Origin: Clostridia bacterium
GTDB lineage: Bacteria > Bacillota > Clostridia > TANB77 > CAG-508
Direction: 5' to 3'
Assembly (NCBI GenBank): GCA_017410505.1
Contig: JAFQQR010000034.1
Location: forward strand, 33,631 to 97,630
DNA: 64,000 bases
Shown here: positions 9,619-19,927 of the stretch, piece by piece
Numbering within the stretch: position 1 is the first letter of the stretch
Layout: every line of letters starts with the position of its first letter
Notes under the pieces: generated by a model
What the model saw: only the letters and a program-made list of their open reading frames with translations
Database searches by the model: none
Told to the model about the DNA's origin: nothing
Position numbers and translations under genes: made by a program

Positions 9619-10806
9619 ATGAAAATTTTAGTATTAAATTCAGGAAGTTCATCACTAAAATATCAAGTTATAGACATGAACACAGAAGAAATGTTAGTAA
9701 AAGGATATTTTGAAAGAATAGGACAACAAAATTCATTTTTAACACATAAAGTAAATGGAAAAAAACATAAATTTGAAAAACATGTAGAGGACCATGAACA
9801 AGCATTAAAATTCATATTTACAAGATTAATGCATGCAGGTTATGGAGTAATAAAAAATCTAGATGAACTTGGAGGAATTGGACATAGAGTTGTTCAAGGA
9901 GGAGAAAAATATTCAAAACCTATAAAAATAACAGATGAAGTGGTAGAAGAAATAAGAAAATGCAGTGAATTAGCACCACTACATAATCCAGCAGCCATAT
10001 TAGGAATAGAAGCATGTAAAAAAATAGCACCAAATATTCCAATGGTAGCAGTATTTGATACAGCATTTCATCAAACAATTTCAAAAGAAAGATATATATA
10101 TCCAATACCATACGAATATTATAAGAAATATGGAATAAGAAAATATGGAGCACATGGAACATCACATCAATATGTAGCTTATAGAGTTGCAGAGATTATA
10201 GGAAAAGATATAAAAAATTTAAAAATAGTAAATTGTCACTTAGGACAGGGTGCTAGTGTATGTGCAATTCAAAATGGAGAATCAGTAGAAACAAGTATGG
10301 GATTAACACCATTAGGTGGAATACCGATGGGAACAAGAAGTGGAGATTTAGACCCATCAGTTATTACATATATAATGAAAAAAGAAAATTTAACAGCTCA
10401 AGAAATAGAAGATATATTAAATAAACAATCAGGAGTATATGGAATATCAAGAGTATCTGTTGACTTTAGAGACATAGAAAATGAAGCATTAGCGGGAGGA
10501 ACATCTGCGCAATTAGCGCTAGATGTATATCACTATGATGTTGCATCGTATGTAGCAAAATGTGCAGTAGCAATGGGCGGAATAGATGTACTTACATTTA
10601 CAGCAGGTGTTGGAGAAAAAGGACCTATTTCTAGAAAAGCAATATGTGAACAACTTGAATTTTTTGGAATAAAAATAGATGATGAAAAAAATCAAGTAAG
10701 AGGAGAAGAGGCAGAAATATCAGCAGAAGATTCAGAAGTAAAAGTCTATGTAGTCCCAACAAATGAAGAGCTAATGATTGCAAGAGAAACATTAAAAAAT
10801 GTCTAA
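9619..10806 (+). CDS. ackA: Acetate kinase (copy 1)
   Basis: LNSGSSSLKY, GHRVVQGG, APLHNP, FDTAFH, YGAHGTSH, GTRSGD and TNEE motifs. Confidence 0.95.
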   Translation: MKILVLNSGSSSLKYQVIDMNTEEMLVKGYFERIGQQNSFLTHKVNGKKHKFEKHVEDHEQALKFIFTRLMHAGYGVIKNLDELGGIGHRVVQGGEKYSKPIKITDEVVEEIRKCSELAPLHNPAAILGIEACKKIAPNIPMVAVFDTAFHQTISKERYIYPIPYEYYKKYGIRKYGAHGTSHQYVAYRVAEIIGKDIKNLKIVNCHLGQGASVCAIQNGESVETSMGLTPLGGIPMGTRSGDLDPSVITYIMKKENLTAQEIEDILNKQSGVYGISRVSVDFRDIENEALAGGTSAQLALDVYHYDVASYVAKCAVAMGGIDVLTFTAGVGEKGPISRKAICEQLEFFGIKIDDEKNQVRGEEAEISAEDSEVKVYVVPTNEELMIARETLKNV

Positions 10807-10889
10807 TAGGGACGTTTCTGTTTGGACATTTTTGTCTAAATAGCATATAAGTTATATGTATAAAAATAAAGAAAAGAGAGGAAAGAAAA

Positions 10890-12080
10890 ATGAAAATATT
10901 AGTATTAAATTGTGGTAGTTCATCACTAAAATATCAATTAATAAATATGGAAACAGAGGAAGTTATGGCTTCTGGAAAATATGAAAGAATAGGAGAAAGT
11001 GAAGCTTTTATAACACATAAAGTTAATGGACAAAAAATCGAAATAAAAAATCCAGCATACAATCACTCAGAAGCAATTGATTTTACTTTAAAACAACTAA
11101 CAAATCCAGATTATAAAGTAATAGATAGTTTAGATGAAATAAATGCTATTGGACATAGATTAGTTCATGGTGGTGAAAAAATTTCAGAATCTGTTGTAAT
11201 AGATGATAATGTTGTAAATGTTTTAAAAGAATATACAGACTTAGCTCCACTACATAATCCAGCTTGTATATTAGGAATTGAAGCTTGTATGGAAGTTATG
11301 CCAGGAAAAACAATGGTAGGTGTGTTTGATACAGCATTCCATCAAACTATGCCAAAAGATAAATTTGTTTATCCAATTCCATATGAATATTACAAAAAAT
11401 ATGGAGTTAGAAAATATGGATTCCATGGAACATCTCATATGTTTGTTTCACAAAGACTTGCAGAAATCGAAAATAAACCAATAGAAGATATGAAAATTGT
11501 TACTTGTCATTTAGGGCAAGGTTCTAGTATATGTGCAATACAAGGAGGAAAATCAATTGATACAAGTATGGGACTTACACCTTTAGGCGGTTTACCAATG
11601 GTTACTAGAAGTGGAGATTTAGACCCATCAGTGATTACATATATAATGAAAAAAGAAGATTTAGTTCCATCACAAATGGAAGACATTTTAAATAAAAAAT
11701 CAGGACTTTCTGGTATGTCAGATTTGGAGCCAGATTTTAGAGTTATTGAAAATAAATCTAATGAAAATGATGAATCTGCAAAATTAGCTGTTGAGAATTT
11801 TAATTATTCAATTGCTAGCTATATTGCAAAATATGCAGTTGCAATGAATGGAATTGATTATATAGTGTTTACTGGTGGAATTGGTGAAAATCAAATTAAT
11901 ATACGTAAAGGTATTTGTGAAAAAGTTGCGTTTATGGGCGTTAATTTGGATGTGGATGCCAATAATATGAGAGGTGAAGAAAAGGTTATTTCTAAGCCTG
12001 ATTCAAAAATTAAGGTTTATGTTATTCCTACAAATGAGGAATTAATGATAGCTAAGGAAACTTTGAGATTGGTAAAATAA
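10890..12080 (+). CDS. ackA: Acetate kinase (copy 2)
   Basis: LNCGSSSLKY, GHRLVHGG, YGFHGTSH, FTGGIGEN and TNEE motifs. Confidence 0.95.
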   Translation: MKILVLNCGSSSLKYQLINMETEEVMASGKYERIGESEAFITHKVNGQKIEIKNPAYNHSEAIDFTLKQLTNPDYKVIDSLDEINAIGHRLVHGGEKISESVVIDDNVVNVLKEYTDLAPLHNPACILGIEACMEVMPGKTMVGVFDTAFHQTMPKDKFVYPIPYEYYKKYGVRKYGFHGTSHMFVSQRLAEIENKPIEDMKIVTCHLGQGSSICAIQGGKSIDTSMGLTPLGGLPMVTRSGDLDPSVITYIMKKEDLVPSQMEDILNKKSGLSGMSDLEPDFRVIENKSNENDESAKLAVENFNYSIASYIAKYAVAMNGIDYIVFTGGIGENQINIRKGICEKVAFMGVNLDVDANNMRGEEKVISKPDSKIKVYVIPTNEELMIAKETLRLVK

Positions 12081-12101
12081 TAATTAATTAGATATTAATA
12101 G

Positions 12102-12137
12102 CAAAAAAAGAATAGTATATACTGTTCTTTTTTGCTA
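12102..12137 (+). terminator. Intrinsic terminator after ackA2
   Basis: AGCAAAAAAAGAATAG-TATATA-CTGTTCTTTTTTGCT hairpin. Confidence 0.65.
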
Positions 12138-12251
12138 TGATAGAAGAGAAATTAAATTTTTTTTTGTAAAAATTTAATATATATAATTGATAAATAAATA
12201 AAAAAAGTGTAAAATATTTTTAGATAATAAATTTTTAAGAAGGAACTAAAA

Positions 12252-13244
12252 ATGGAAGATAAAGTAGATATTTTACTAACAACATATAATACAAAAATAG
12301 AATATTTAAAAATGCAAATAGATAGTATTTTAAATCAAACATATAAAAATTTTACACTCATAATTTCAGATGACTGCTCACCAAATAAAGAAGTAAGAAC
12401 AGTTTTAAAGGAATATGAACAAAAAGATGATAGAATAAAATTGTATTTTCAAGAAAAAAATTTAGGGTATACTAAAAACTTTGAGTTTGCTTTAACAAAA
12501 TCAACGGCAGAATATATAGCTTTTAGTGACCATGATGATATTTGGTATGATAATAAAATAGAGGAAAGTTTAAAAATTTTAAAAGAAAAAGATGTAGATT
12601 TAGTATATTGTGATGCAAAACAAATTGATGAAAATGGTAAAGTTTTGCATGAGAGTTATTTACGATATAAAAATATGCCTGTTATAAGTGGAAAAGATTT
12701 AATATTGCTATTTTCAAGACATATAGCAATAGGTTGTAGCCAAATGTTTACAAGGGATGTAAAAGAAAAAATATTGCCATTTACTGAAAATACTATGGCT
12801 CATGATTGGAATACAGAATATATTGCAAATAGATTAAAAGGAATATATTGTATAGATAAAGTTCTTTTTGAGTATAGACTCCATGGGAATAATGCTTTTG
12901 GGGGAAGAAGTTTTAAGCAGAATATGAAAATTTGGAAAGAAGAAAATGGGAATAGTTATAAATCTTATTTAAAATATAGAAATAGAGTTATTACAGATAC
13001 ATATTTAGCAGGGGTATTAATGTGTAAAGAATATAGTTTGAAAATAGAAAATAATAAATTACAAAAACAGGAAAATGAAGTAATAGAATATTTTAAAGAA
13101 TCACAAAAACATAATATTATTTATTTTCCGGTTTATAAATATTTTAAATATTTAAATTTTAAAGGAATTGGAAAAAGAAAATATAAAGAAATAATGATTT
13201 TACATTTTTCATTAATTAGTTATATTATTTTTGCGCTTATTTAA
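12252..13244 (+). CDS. GT2 glycosyltransferase (rhamnosyltransferase RgpB-like)
   Basis: TYN...QIDSILNQT, DDCS, FSDHDDIW, AHDW and YRLHGNN motifs. Confidence 0.85.
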   Translation: MEDKVDILLTTYNTKIEYLKMQIDSILNQTYKNFTLIISDDCSPNKEVRTVLKEYEQKDDRIKLYFQEKNLGYTKNFEFALTKSTAEYIAFSDHDDIWYDNKIEESLKILKEKDVDLVYCDAKQIDENGKVLHESYLRYKNMPVISGKDLILLFSRHIAIGCSQMFTRDVKEKILPFTENTMAHDWNTEYIANRLKGIYCIDKVLFEYRLHGNNAFGGRSFKQNMKIWKEENGNSYKSYLKYRNRVITDTYLAGVLMCKEYSLKIENNKLQKQENEVIEYFKESQKHNIIYFPVYKYFKYLNFKGIGKRKYKEIMILHFSLISYIIFALI

Positions 13245-13313
13245 AATAAAAGTGAGACAAAATAGAAAATGTTCAAAATCAAATTTTTATATAAGATAAG
13301 GAGCGGAATAAAA

Positions 13314-15737
13314 ATGAAAATTTTAAAAAATGAAAAAGTATTAAAAATATCTTCGATTTTAATACTAATGTTAGCACTTGTTTTAGGTGGGATGGGTAAC
13401 AAATCTGCAACAGGAACGGAAACACAAGTGCAAACTCAAAAAGAAAAAATAAATGTTATGTATAACACACATATACAAAACAATGGATGGGAGAAAGACT
13501 TTTCTAAAAAAGACGGAGAAATGTCAGGAACACAAGGAAAATCTTTAAGACTAGAAGCTATAAAAATCAAAGTAGGACAAACATCAGAAAATATAGGAAT
13601 TAAATATCAAACACATGTACAAAATGTAGGATGGCAAGGTTGGAAGAAAAATGGAGAATTGTCAGGAACACAAGGAAAATCTTTAAGATTAGAAGGTATT
13701 AAAATACAACTTGAAAATGCTGAAAAATATAGTGTTATGTATAGAGTTCATGTACAAGATATAGGCTGGCAGGGTTGGAAGTCAGACGGAGAATTGGCAG
13801 GAACTACTGGATTAAGCAAAAGATTAGAAGCTATTGAAATAAAAATAGTAGATAAAATAGAAAAGGGACAGTTAAATATAGATACAGCTATATCGAATAC
13901 ATATTATAATAATTCAATAATAAAAGTTTCTGGGTGGAAAATGGCAAATGTAGCAGATACACAAATAAAAGTTACATTAGATAATAATAAAATAGAAAAT
14001 ATAAATTATGTGCAAAGACAAGATGTGATAAAAGCTGTAACAAATTACGGAACAATAAAAGAAAATCCTAAACCAGGATTTAATTTTGAAATAGATACTA
14101 AAAATTTAACAGATGGAGAACATTCATTAAAAATAGAATTAGTAACAAAAGAAAATAAAATATTAAAAACATATAGTAAAAAAATAAAAATAGATAGGAG
14201 CATACATGTACAATATAGTGCCCATGTTCAGAATATAGGATGGCAAAGTTCTAAAAAAGACGGAGAATTATCAGGAACTACAGGAAAAAATTTAAGGTTA
14301 GAAGCTATAAAAATAAATGGAATTAATTTACCTGAAGGTATGACAATAAAATATCAAACACATATACAAGATATAGGATGGCAAGGTTGGAAGAAAGAAG
14401 GAGAAGTATCAGGAGTAACTGGAAAAAGTAAGAGATTAGAAGCTATAAAAATAAAAATAGAAGGTACTACAGAATATTCTATAATGTACAGAACACACGT
14501 TGAAAATGTTGGATGGCAATCTTGGTGTTATGATGGAGAATCTTCTGGTACGGAAGGTCTATCTAGAAGGATAGAAGCTATAGAAATAAAAATAGTTCCT
14601 AAAATCACAAAAAGTAAAACAAATATGTTTATAGATAATCCTACAGCTGAAATTACTAATGAAAATCAAAAAATAAGTGGATGGATAATGACAAATGTTC
14701 AAAATGTAAGTTTAAAAATACTAATAGATAATAAAGAAATAGATTTAAGTAAATTGCAAAGAACTACAAGAAAAGATGTGCTAAATGTAATGAAAGGATA
14801 TGGAGATGAAACAATATTTAATAAGACTCCAGGCTTTGAAGTATATGTAGATTTTTCAAAATATTCTTTAGGAACACATTCAATAAAAATGCAAGCTATA
14901 AATCAAGATAAAGTAATAAAAGAAGTTACCAAACAATTTACAGTAAGACAAAAAATTTATTACACTACAGGAACATATGGATTTTCAGGATTAAAAGTAA
15001 AAGGAGATTCGAGAGGAACTGATTTAAAATATTATCAGTATGGAAGCGGACCAAATGTGTTCTTTGCAACATTTGCAGTACACGGATTTGAAGATAAGTG
15101 GGCAAAAGATGGGACAGAATTAGTAGAAATAGCAAATAATTTTTATCAAAGATTAATAAGTAGTAATGATTATGATTTAGCAAATAAATGGACAATATAT
15201 ATTCTTCCTGGTGTAAATCAGGATGGATTGAATTATGGATATACAAATAATGGTCCTGGCAGAACTACTTTATATAGCCAAGCACCAGGGAATAAAGGGA
15301 TTGATTTAAATAGATGCTGGCAAATAGGAAGTTCGTATACAAGATATACAGATAGTAGGAACTATAATGGGACAAGTGGATTTCAAGCATATGAATCTCA
15401 ATATTTAAGAAACTTTTTGATAAACCATAAATCTCAAAATGGTCAAACTATATTGGTTGACTTACATGGATGGACACAACAAGTAATAGGTGATAGTGGA
15501 ATATGTTCATATTATTCAAAACAATTTCCTGAAAATGATAGATCATCAGTTGGAAGATATGGAACAGGTTACTTAATTAATTGGGCAAGAAACTCATTAG
15601 GTTCAACAACAAAAACAGCCAGATCTGCTTTAATAGAATTACCAAATGGAGGAATTAATGGACATCAATCAGTTGTTAATAATAATTTTTCAAATAGATA
15701 TATAGAAGCAACAATAGATATGCTTAAAAATATTTAA
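13314..15737 (+). CDS. Secreted ChW-repeat protein with a C-terminal M14-like zinc peptidase domain
   Basis: Signal/TM segment. Six ChW repeats (Y.THVQ..GW...DGE..GT.G...RLEAI.I). C-terminal VHGFE, NQDG, GIDLNRCW, AYES and VDLHGW fit the M14 zinc-binding pattern. Confidence 0.75.
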   Translation: MKILKNEKVLKISSILILMLALVLGGMGNKSATGTETQVQTQKEKINVMYNTHIQNNGWEKDFSKKDGEMSGTQGKSLRLEAIKIKVGQTSENIGIKYQTHVQNVGWQGWKKNGELSGTQGKSLRLEGIKIQLENAEKYSVMYRVHVQDIGWQGWKSDGELAGTTGLSKRLEAIEIKIVDKIEKGQLNIDTAISNTYYNNSIIKVSGWKMANVADTQIKVTLDNNKIENINYVQRQDVIKAVTNYGTIKENPKPGFNFEIDTKNLTDGEHSLKIELVTKENKILKTYSKKIKIDRSIHVQYSAHVQNIGWQSSKKDGELSGTTGKNLRLEAIKINGINLPEGMTIKYQTHIQDIGWQGWKKEGEVSGVTGKSKRLEAIKIKIEGTTEYSIMYRTHVENVGWQSWCYDGESSGTEGLSRRIEAIEIKIVPKITKSKTNMFIDNPTAEITNENQKISGWIMTNVQNVSLKILIDNKEIDLSKLQRTTRKDVLNVMKGYGDETIFNKTPGFEVYVDFSKYSLGTHSIKMQAINQDKVIKEVTKQFTVRQKIYYTTGTYGFSGLKVKGDSRGTDLKYYQYGSGPNVFFATFAVHGFEDKWAKDGTELVEIANNFYQRLISSNDYDLANKWTIYILPGVNQDGLNYGYTNNGPGRTTLYSQAPGNKGIDLNRCWQIGSSYTRYTDSRNYNGTSGFQAYESQYLRNFLINHKSQNGQTILVDLHGWTQQVIGDSGICSYYSKQFPENDRSSVGRYGTGYLINWARNSLGSTTKTARSALIELPNGGINGHQSVVNNNFSNRYIEATIDMLKNI

Positions 15738-15751
15738 GAGTAAAGGTAAAA

Positions 15752-16504
15752 ATGAAAATGAATAAAAAGATTTTTAAAATTATATTTATTTTGATAGTAA
15801 TATTAGTAATAATAATATGCATAAAAAAATATAAAAAAGAGGAAAACTTGAATACTAATGAAGCAATAAATAATATTTATACAGAAGCGGATAGAAATGA
15901 TATAAGTTACCAAGAAAATGTTAATATTCAAGATCTTAAAGAACAGACTAGTATAATTGGGAATGATGAAATTTATGAAATACAACAAGAATATGATGGG
16001 AGAAATGTATTAACAGTAAAAGCTAGCCTAAAATATAAAGTGGCATTTGCGGGAATGATAAAAGGCAGTACACCTGAAATGGATGAATTAGATAAGATAT
16101 TAAGTGATAATTTGCCAAAAAATAATGGAATTTGGATAGAAAAAACTAGTAGAAACCGAATATTGGAAATTTTTAATAATAATGAAAATACTAATTCAAA
16201 ATATACTATTGATAAAGATGGATATTTGAAAATTGCAGAAAAAAATTCTCAAAGCGACTCAGATAAAAAAATAGAAAAAATTATAAATGGTAATAAGCAA
16301 TATATATTAAATAGTTCTAGTATTTGCTATATTATAGATAATGTAACAGGGGAGATATTAGATTACAATTTTGAAAAAATGGATGAATACCAAACATATG
16401 AGTATTTTGAAGATGATAATAGGATAATAGTATTTGTTAATGAAAATTCTAATAATCAATTGACTTATTCCGATATATTTAATAGTATAATAGAAATATT
16501 TTAA
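15752..16504 (+). CDS. Hypothetical membrane-anchored protein
   Basis: N-terminal TM segment, 250 aa, co-transcribed with the upstream gene. Confidence 0.65.
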   Translation: MKMNKKIFKIIFILIVILVIIICIKKYKKEENLNTNEAINNIYTEADRNDISYQENVNIQDLKEQTSIIGNDEIYEIQQEYDGRNVLTVKASLKYKVAFAGMIKGSTPEMDELDKILSDNLPKNNGIWIEKTSRNRILEIFNNNENTNSKYTIDKDGYLKIAEKNSQSDSDKKIEKIINGNKQYILNSSSICYIIDNVTGEILDYNFEKMDEYQTYEYFEDDNRIIVFVNENSNNQLTYSDIFNSIIEIF

Positions 16505-16606
16505 AAGAGTTCATTTTGAGCTCTTTTTTTATTGACAAAAATATATTTTAAATATAGAATATAATAGTAAAAAAATGAAGATTTTATCTAAAATAGGAGA
16601 GAATAA

Positions 16607-17398
16607 ATGGGATTTATAAAAATGTTATGGAAAAATAAAAAAATAGCATGGAAATTAGGAAAAAGTGATTTTAAAAATAGATTTGCAAGTACGAGTTTAG
16701 GTAGTATATGGGGATTTTTACAACCATTTGTATTTATGCTTATGTATGTAATAGTATTTCAATTTATATTTGGAATGGAAGGAGATAATGGTTCTCCATA
16801 TGTTGTTTGGTTTTTACCAGGAATGGCAATATGGCAAGTTATAAATGATAGTATAATGAGTTCAAGCATGTCTATAAGAAATTATAGTTACTTAGTAAAA
16901 AAAGTTGTATTTCCAATAGATATAATTCCAATAATTTCATTGATAGGAAGTAGTTTTGTATCTATATTTTTACTATTAGTTGCAACAGTTGTATGTACAA
17001 TATTTGGGTATACTCCAAATATATTAATAATTTTATATGTAGTTGTGGCTTTATATGCTTTTATAATAGCATTTACAAGATTTACATCAGCACTAACAAC
17101 ATTAGTACCAGATTTTTCAAACTTATTAACAATATTGATGCAACTATTTTTCTGGGCTACACCAATAGTATGGAGTTTAACAAGGCTTGCAGGGCATCAA
17201 ACAATATTGGGAGTTATACAGTGTATGCCATTTGCATATTTAGTAACAGCATTTAGAGAAGCATTTATGGGAGGAAATATAATAACAGCAAATTATGGAA
17301 TGTATACAATTATTTTTTGGGTAATTACAATAGTAATGTTTATATGGGGGAATCATGTATTTAAGAAAAATAAAAAAGATTTTGCAGATGTATTATAA
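16607..17398 (+). CDS. wzm: Polysaccharide ABC exporter permease
   Basis: SDFKNRF..TSLG.IW..LQP, KKVVFP and FWATPIVW motifs, with several TM segments. Confidence 0.9.
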   Translation: MGFIKMLWKNKKIAWKLGKSDFKNRFASTSLGSIWGFLQPFVFMLMYVIVFQFIFGMEGDNGSPYVVWFLPGMAIWQVINDSIMSSSMSIRNYSYLVKKVVFPIDIIPIISLIGSSFVSIFLLLVATVVCTIFGYTPNILIILYVVVALYAFIIAFTRFTSALTTLVPDFSNLLTILMQLFFWATPIVWSLTRLAGHQTILGVIQCMPFAYLVTAFREAFMGGNIITANYGMYTIIFWVITIVMFIWGNHVFKKNKKDFADVL

Positions 17399-17444
17399 AT
17401 GAAAGATAATATAAAAAACAGAAAAATGTTTCAAGGAGGAGAGA

Positions 17445-18770
17445 ATGAGTACAGAAAAGCAAAAAGAAAACTTAGAAAATGTAATAGAAATTAAAAATGT
17501 GAGAAAAGAATATAAGATGTATAAGAGTAAAAAAGCTAGACTTTTTGAAGCAGTTTTACCATTTTATAATAATCATGATACATTTAGTGCAATAAATAAT
17601 TTGAATTTAGAACTACATAAAGGAGAAGTTTTAGGTATACTAGGAAAAAACGGTGCAGGAAAGTCAACATTACTAAAAATGATTACAGGAGTTGTTACTC
17701 CTACAAGTGGAGAATTAAAAATAAATGGAAAGCTAAGTTCACTTTTAGAATTAGGTGCAGCGTTTAATATGGAATTGACAGGAGAAGAAAATATATATCA
17801 ACATGGACAAGTTATGGGGTTGACAAATGAACAAATAGAAGCAACAAAACAAGATATAATAGATTTTGCTGATATAGGTCATCATTTATATCAACCTGTA
17901 AAAACATATTCATCAGGTATGTTTGCACGTCTTGCGTTTGCATGTGCAATAAATGTAGATCCAGATATTTTAATAGTAGATGAGGTGTTATCAGTAGGAG
18001 ACATGGCTTTTCAATTAAAATGCTTTAAGAAATTTCAACAATTTAAAGAAAAAGGAAAAACTATAATATTTGTTTCTCATAATGTAAATGATATAATTAA
18101 AAATTGTAATAGAGCAATAATTCTTAAAGAAGGAGAAAAAATTTTTGACGGAGATGTAAAACCTGCTGTTGATATATATAAAAAGATAATGGTAGGATTA
18201 GACGAAAGTTTAAATTCAAAAGAAGATAAAGAAGAAAATATAGAGATTATTAATGATGAAAATATAGATAAAAAAAATAATGAAAAAGAAATATGGAAAA
18301 GTAATTTTACGACAAACGAGAGTCAAATTTCTTATGGGGATGGAAGCGTAGAAATTATTGATTATGGTATTTTCGATGAAAATGGGGAATATAAAGCAAA
18401 TATAAATAATAGTGACAAATATAGTATAAAAATGAAAATAAAATTTAATAAAGATATATATAGTCCGATATTTGCATTATCAATAAAGGACTTTAAAGGA
18501 CTAGAAATAGCAGGTGCAAACACAGAAGTATATAAGACACAGACAGGAGAATATAAACAAGGACAAACTATTATAGTAGAGTTTAAACAATCTATACCAT
18601 TAGCACCAGATAAATATACATTATCATTTGGTTGTACTACATTTGATGAAAATGGAAATTTAAAAGTTTATGATAGAAAATATGATGTAATTATTTTTGA
18701 AATAACATCAAATAGACCATCTTTAGGTACAGTAGACTTAAAAACAGATATAAAAATAAGTGAATGTTAG
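17445..18770 (+). CDS. wzt: Polysaccharide ABC exporter ATPase with a C-terminal Wzt_C-like domain
   Basis: GKNGAGKST, PVKTYSSGMFARLAFA and DEVLSVGD motifs, plus ~150 extra beta-rich C-terminal residues. Confidence 0.92.
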   Translation: MSTEKQKENLENVIEIKNVRKEYKMYKSKKARLFEAVLPFYNNHDTFSAINNLNLELHKGEVLGILGKNGAGKSTLLKMITGVVTPTSGELKINGKLSSLLELGAAFNMELTGEENIYQHGQVMGLTNEQIEATKQDIIDFADIGHHLYQPVKTYSSGMFARLAFACAINVDPDILIVDEVLSVGDMAFQLKCFKKFQQFKEKGKTIIFVSHNVNDIIKNCNRAIILKEGEKIFDGDVKPAVDIYKKIMVGLDESLNSKEDKEENIEIINDENIDKKNNEKEIWKSNFTTNESQISYGDGSVEIIDYGIFDENGEYKANINNSDKYSIKMKIKFNKDIYSPIFALSIKDFKGLEIAGANTEVYKTQTGEYKQGQTIIVEFKQSIPLAPDKYTLSFGCTTFDENGNLKVYDRKYDVIIFEITSNRPSLGTVDLKTDIKISEC

Positions 18771-19906
18771 AAAGGGAAAATTTAGCTATGAAAATAAATT
18801 TAGATTACTATAAAGGAGAAGACTTATATTGTGATGGAGACACAGAAAAAGAAATATTAGAATATGAAAAAAAGTATAATGAAGACAATTTTAATGAAAT
18901 ATTTAAGCAAGATATAAGATGGCCAATTTTTTATCATTTAACATCACTTAGAAAAAATATATTAAATTGGTATCCATTTAAAGAAAAAGCAGAAGTACTA
19001 GAAATTGGAGCAGGTATGGGGGCTATAACAAGTACTTTGTGTGAAAGAGCAAGCAAGGTAACATCTGTAGAATTATCAAAACAAAGAGCAACATCAATTG
19101 CTAATAGATGTAAAGATAAAGAGAATTTAGAAATAATAGTGGGTAATTTTAATGATATAAAATTTGATAAACAGTATGATTATATAACATTAATAGGAGT
19201 TCTAGAATATGCACCATTATATACAGGAACAAAAAATTCCTTTAATGATTTTTTAGATAAAATAAAAAAACTATTAAAAAAAGATGGGAAATTGCTAATT
19301 GCTATTGAAAATCAATTTGGGATGAAATATTATGCAGGAGCTAAGGAAGACCATACAGGAATTGAATATGATGGAATAATTGGATATGAAAACAAAGAGG
19401 GAATTAGAACTTTTGGAAAAGAAGAATTAAAAGAAATATTAAAAAATAGTGGATTAAAATATACAAAATTTTATTATCCATTGCCAGATTATAAATTACC
19501 AAATAAAATTTTTGCAGAAGATTATTTACCAGATGAAAAAAGTATAGAAGATTACACACCATATTATAATGGAGATGTAGAATTGAATTTTGATGAAAAA
19601 GTAGCGTATAAAGAAGTAATAAAAAATAATATGTTTGAATTTTTTGCTAATTCATTTTTTGTAGAATGTTCTGAAGAACCTATAGAAACAAAAGTTGATT
19701 TAAAAAATATAAAATTAAATGCAATATCAAAAGAAGAAGAACAATTTTATAAAACTCAAAATTCAACTCAAAACAAAGATGAACAACTTGCAATTTTAAA
19801 GGAAAAATTAGAAGAGAAGGAAAATATAATAAATACAATAGTAAATTCAAGGTCATGGAAATTAACAAATATTTTTAGGAAAATTAACAAAAAAATAAAA
19901 AAATAG
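18764..19906 (+). CDS. Class I SAM-dependent methyltransferase with a coiled-coil tail
   Basis: VLEIGAGMGAIT, YDYITLIGVLEY and GKLLIAIENQFG motifs. The tail ends in NSRSWKLT. Confidence 0.85.
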   Translation: MLERENLAMKINLDYYKGEDLYCDGDTEKEILEYEKKYNEDNFNEIFKQDIRWPIFYHLTSLRKNILNWYPFKEKAEVLEIGAGMGAITSTLCERASKVTSVELSKQRATSIANRCKDKENLEIIVGNFNDIKFDKQYDYITLIGVLEYAPLYTGTKNSFNDFLDKIKKLLKKDGKLLIAIENQFGMKYYAGAKEDHTGIEYDGIIGYENKEGIRTFGKEELKEILKNSGLKYTKFYYPLPDYKLPNKIFAEDYLPDEKSIEDYTPYYNGDVELNFDEKVAYKEVIKNNMFEFFANSFFVECSEEPIETKVDLKNIKLNAISKEEEQFYKTQNSTQNKDEQLAILKEKLEEKENIINTIVNSRSWKLTNIFRKINKKIKK

Positions 19907-19927
19907 AAAATATGAAAGGGCACTGAA

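Noticed and set aside
9548-10845. GC-richer intergenic snippets (9550-9590, 10808-10840; also 4842-4870) as a REP-like family
   Set aside because: No convincing shared consensus or stable hairpin among them.
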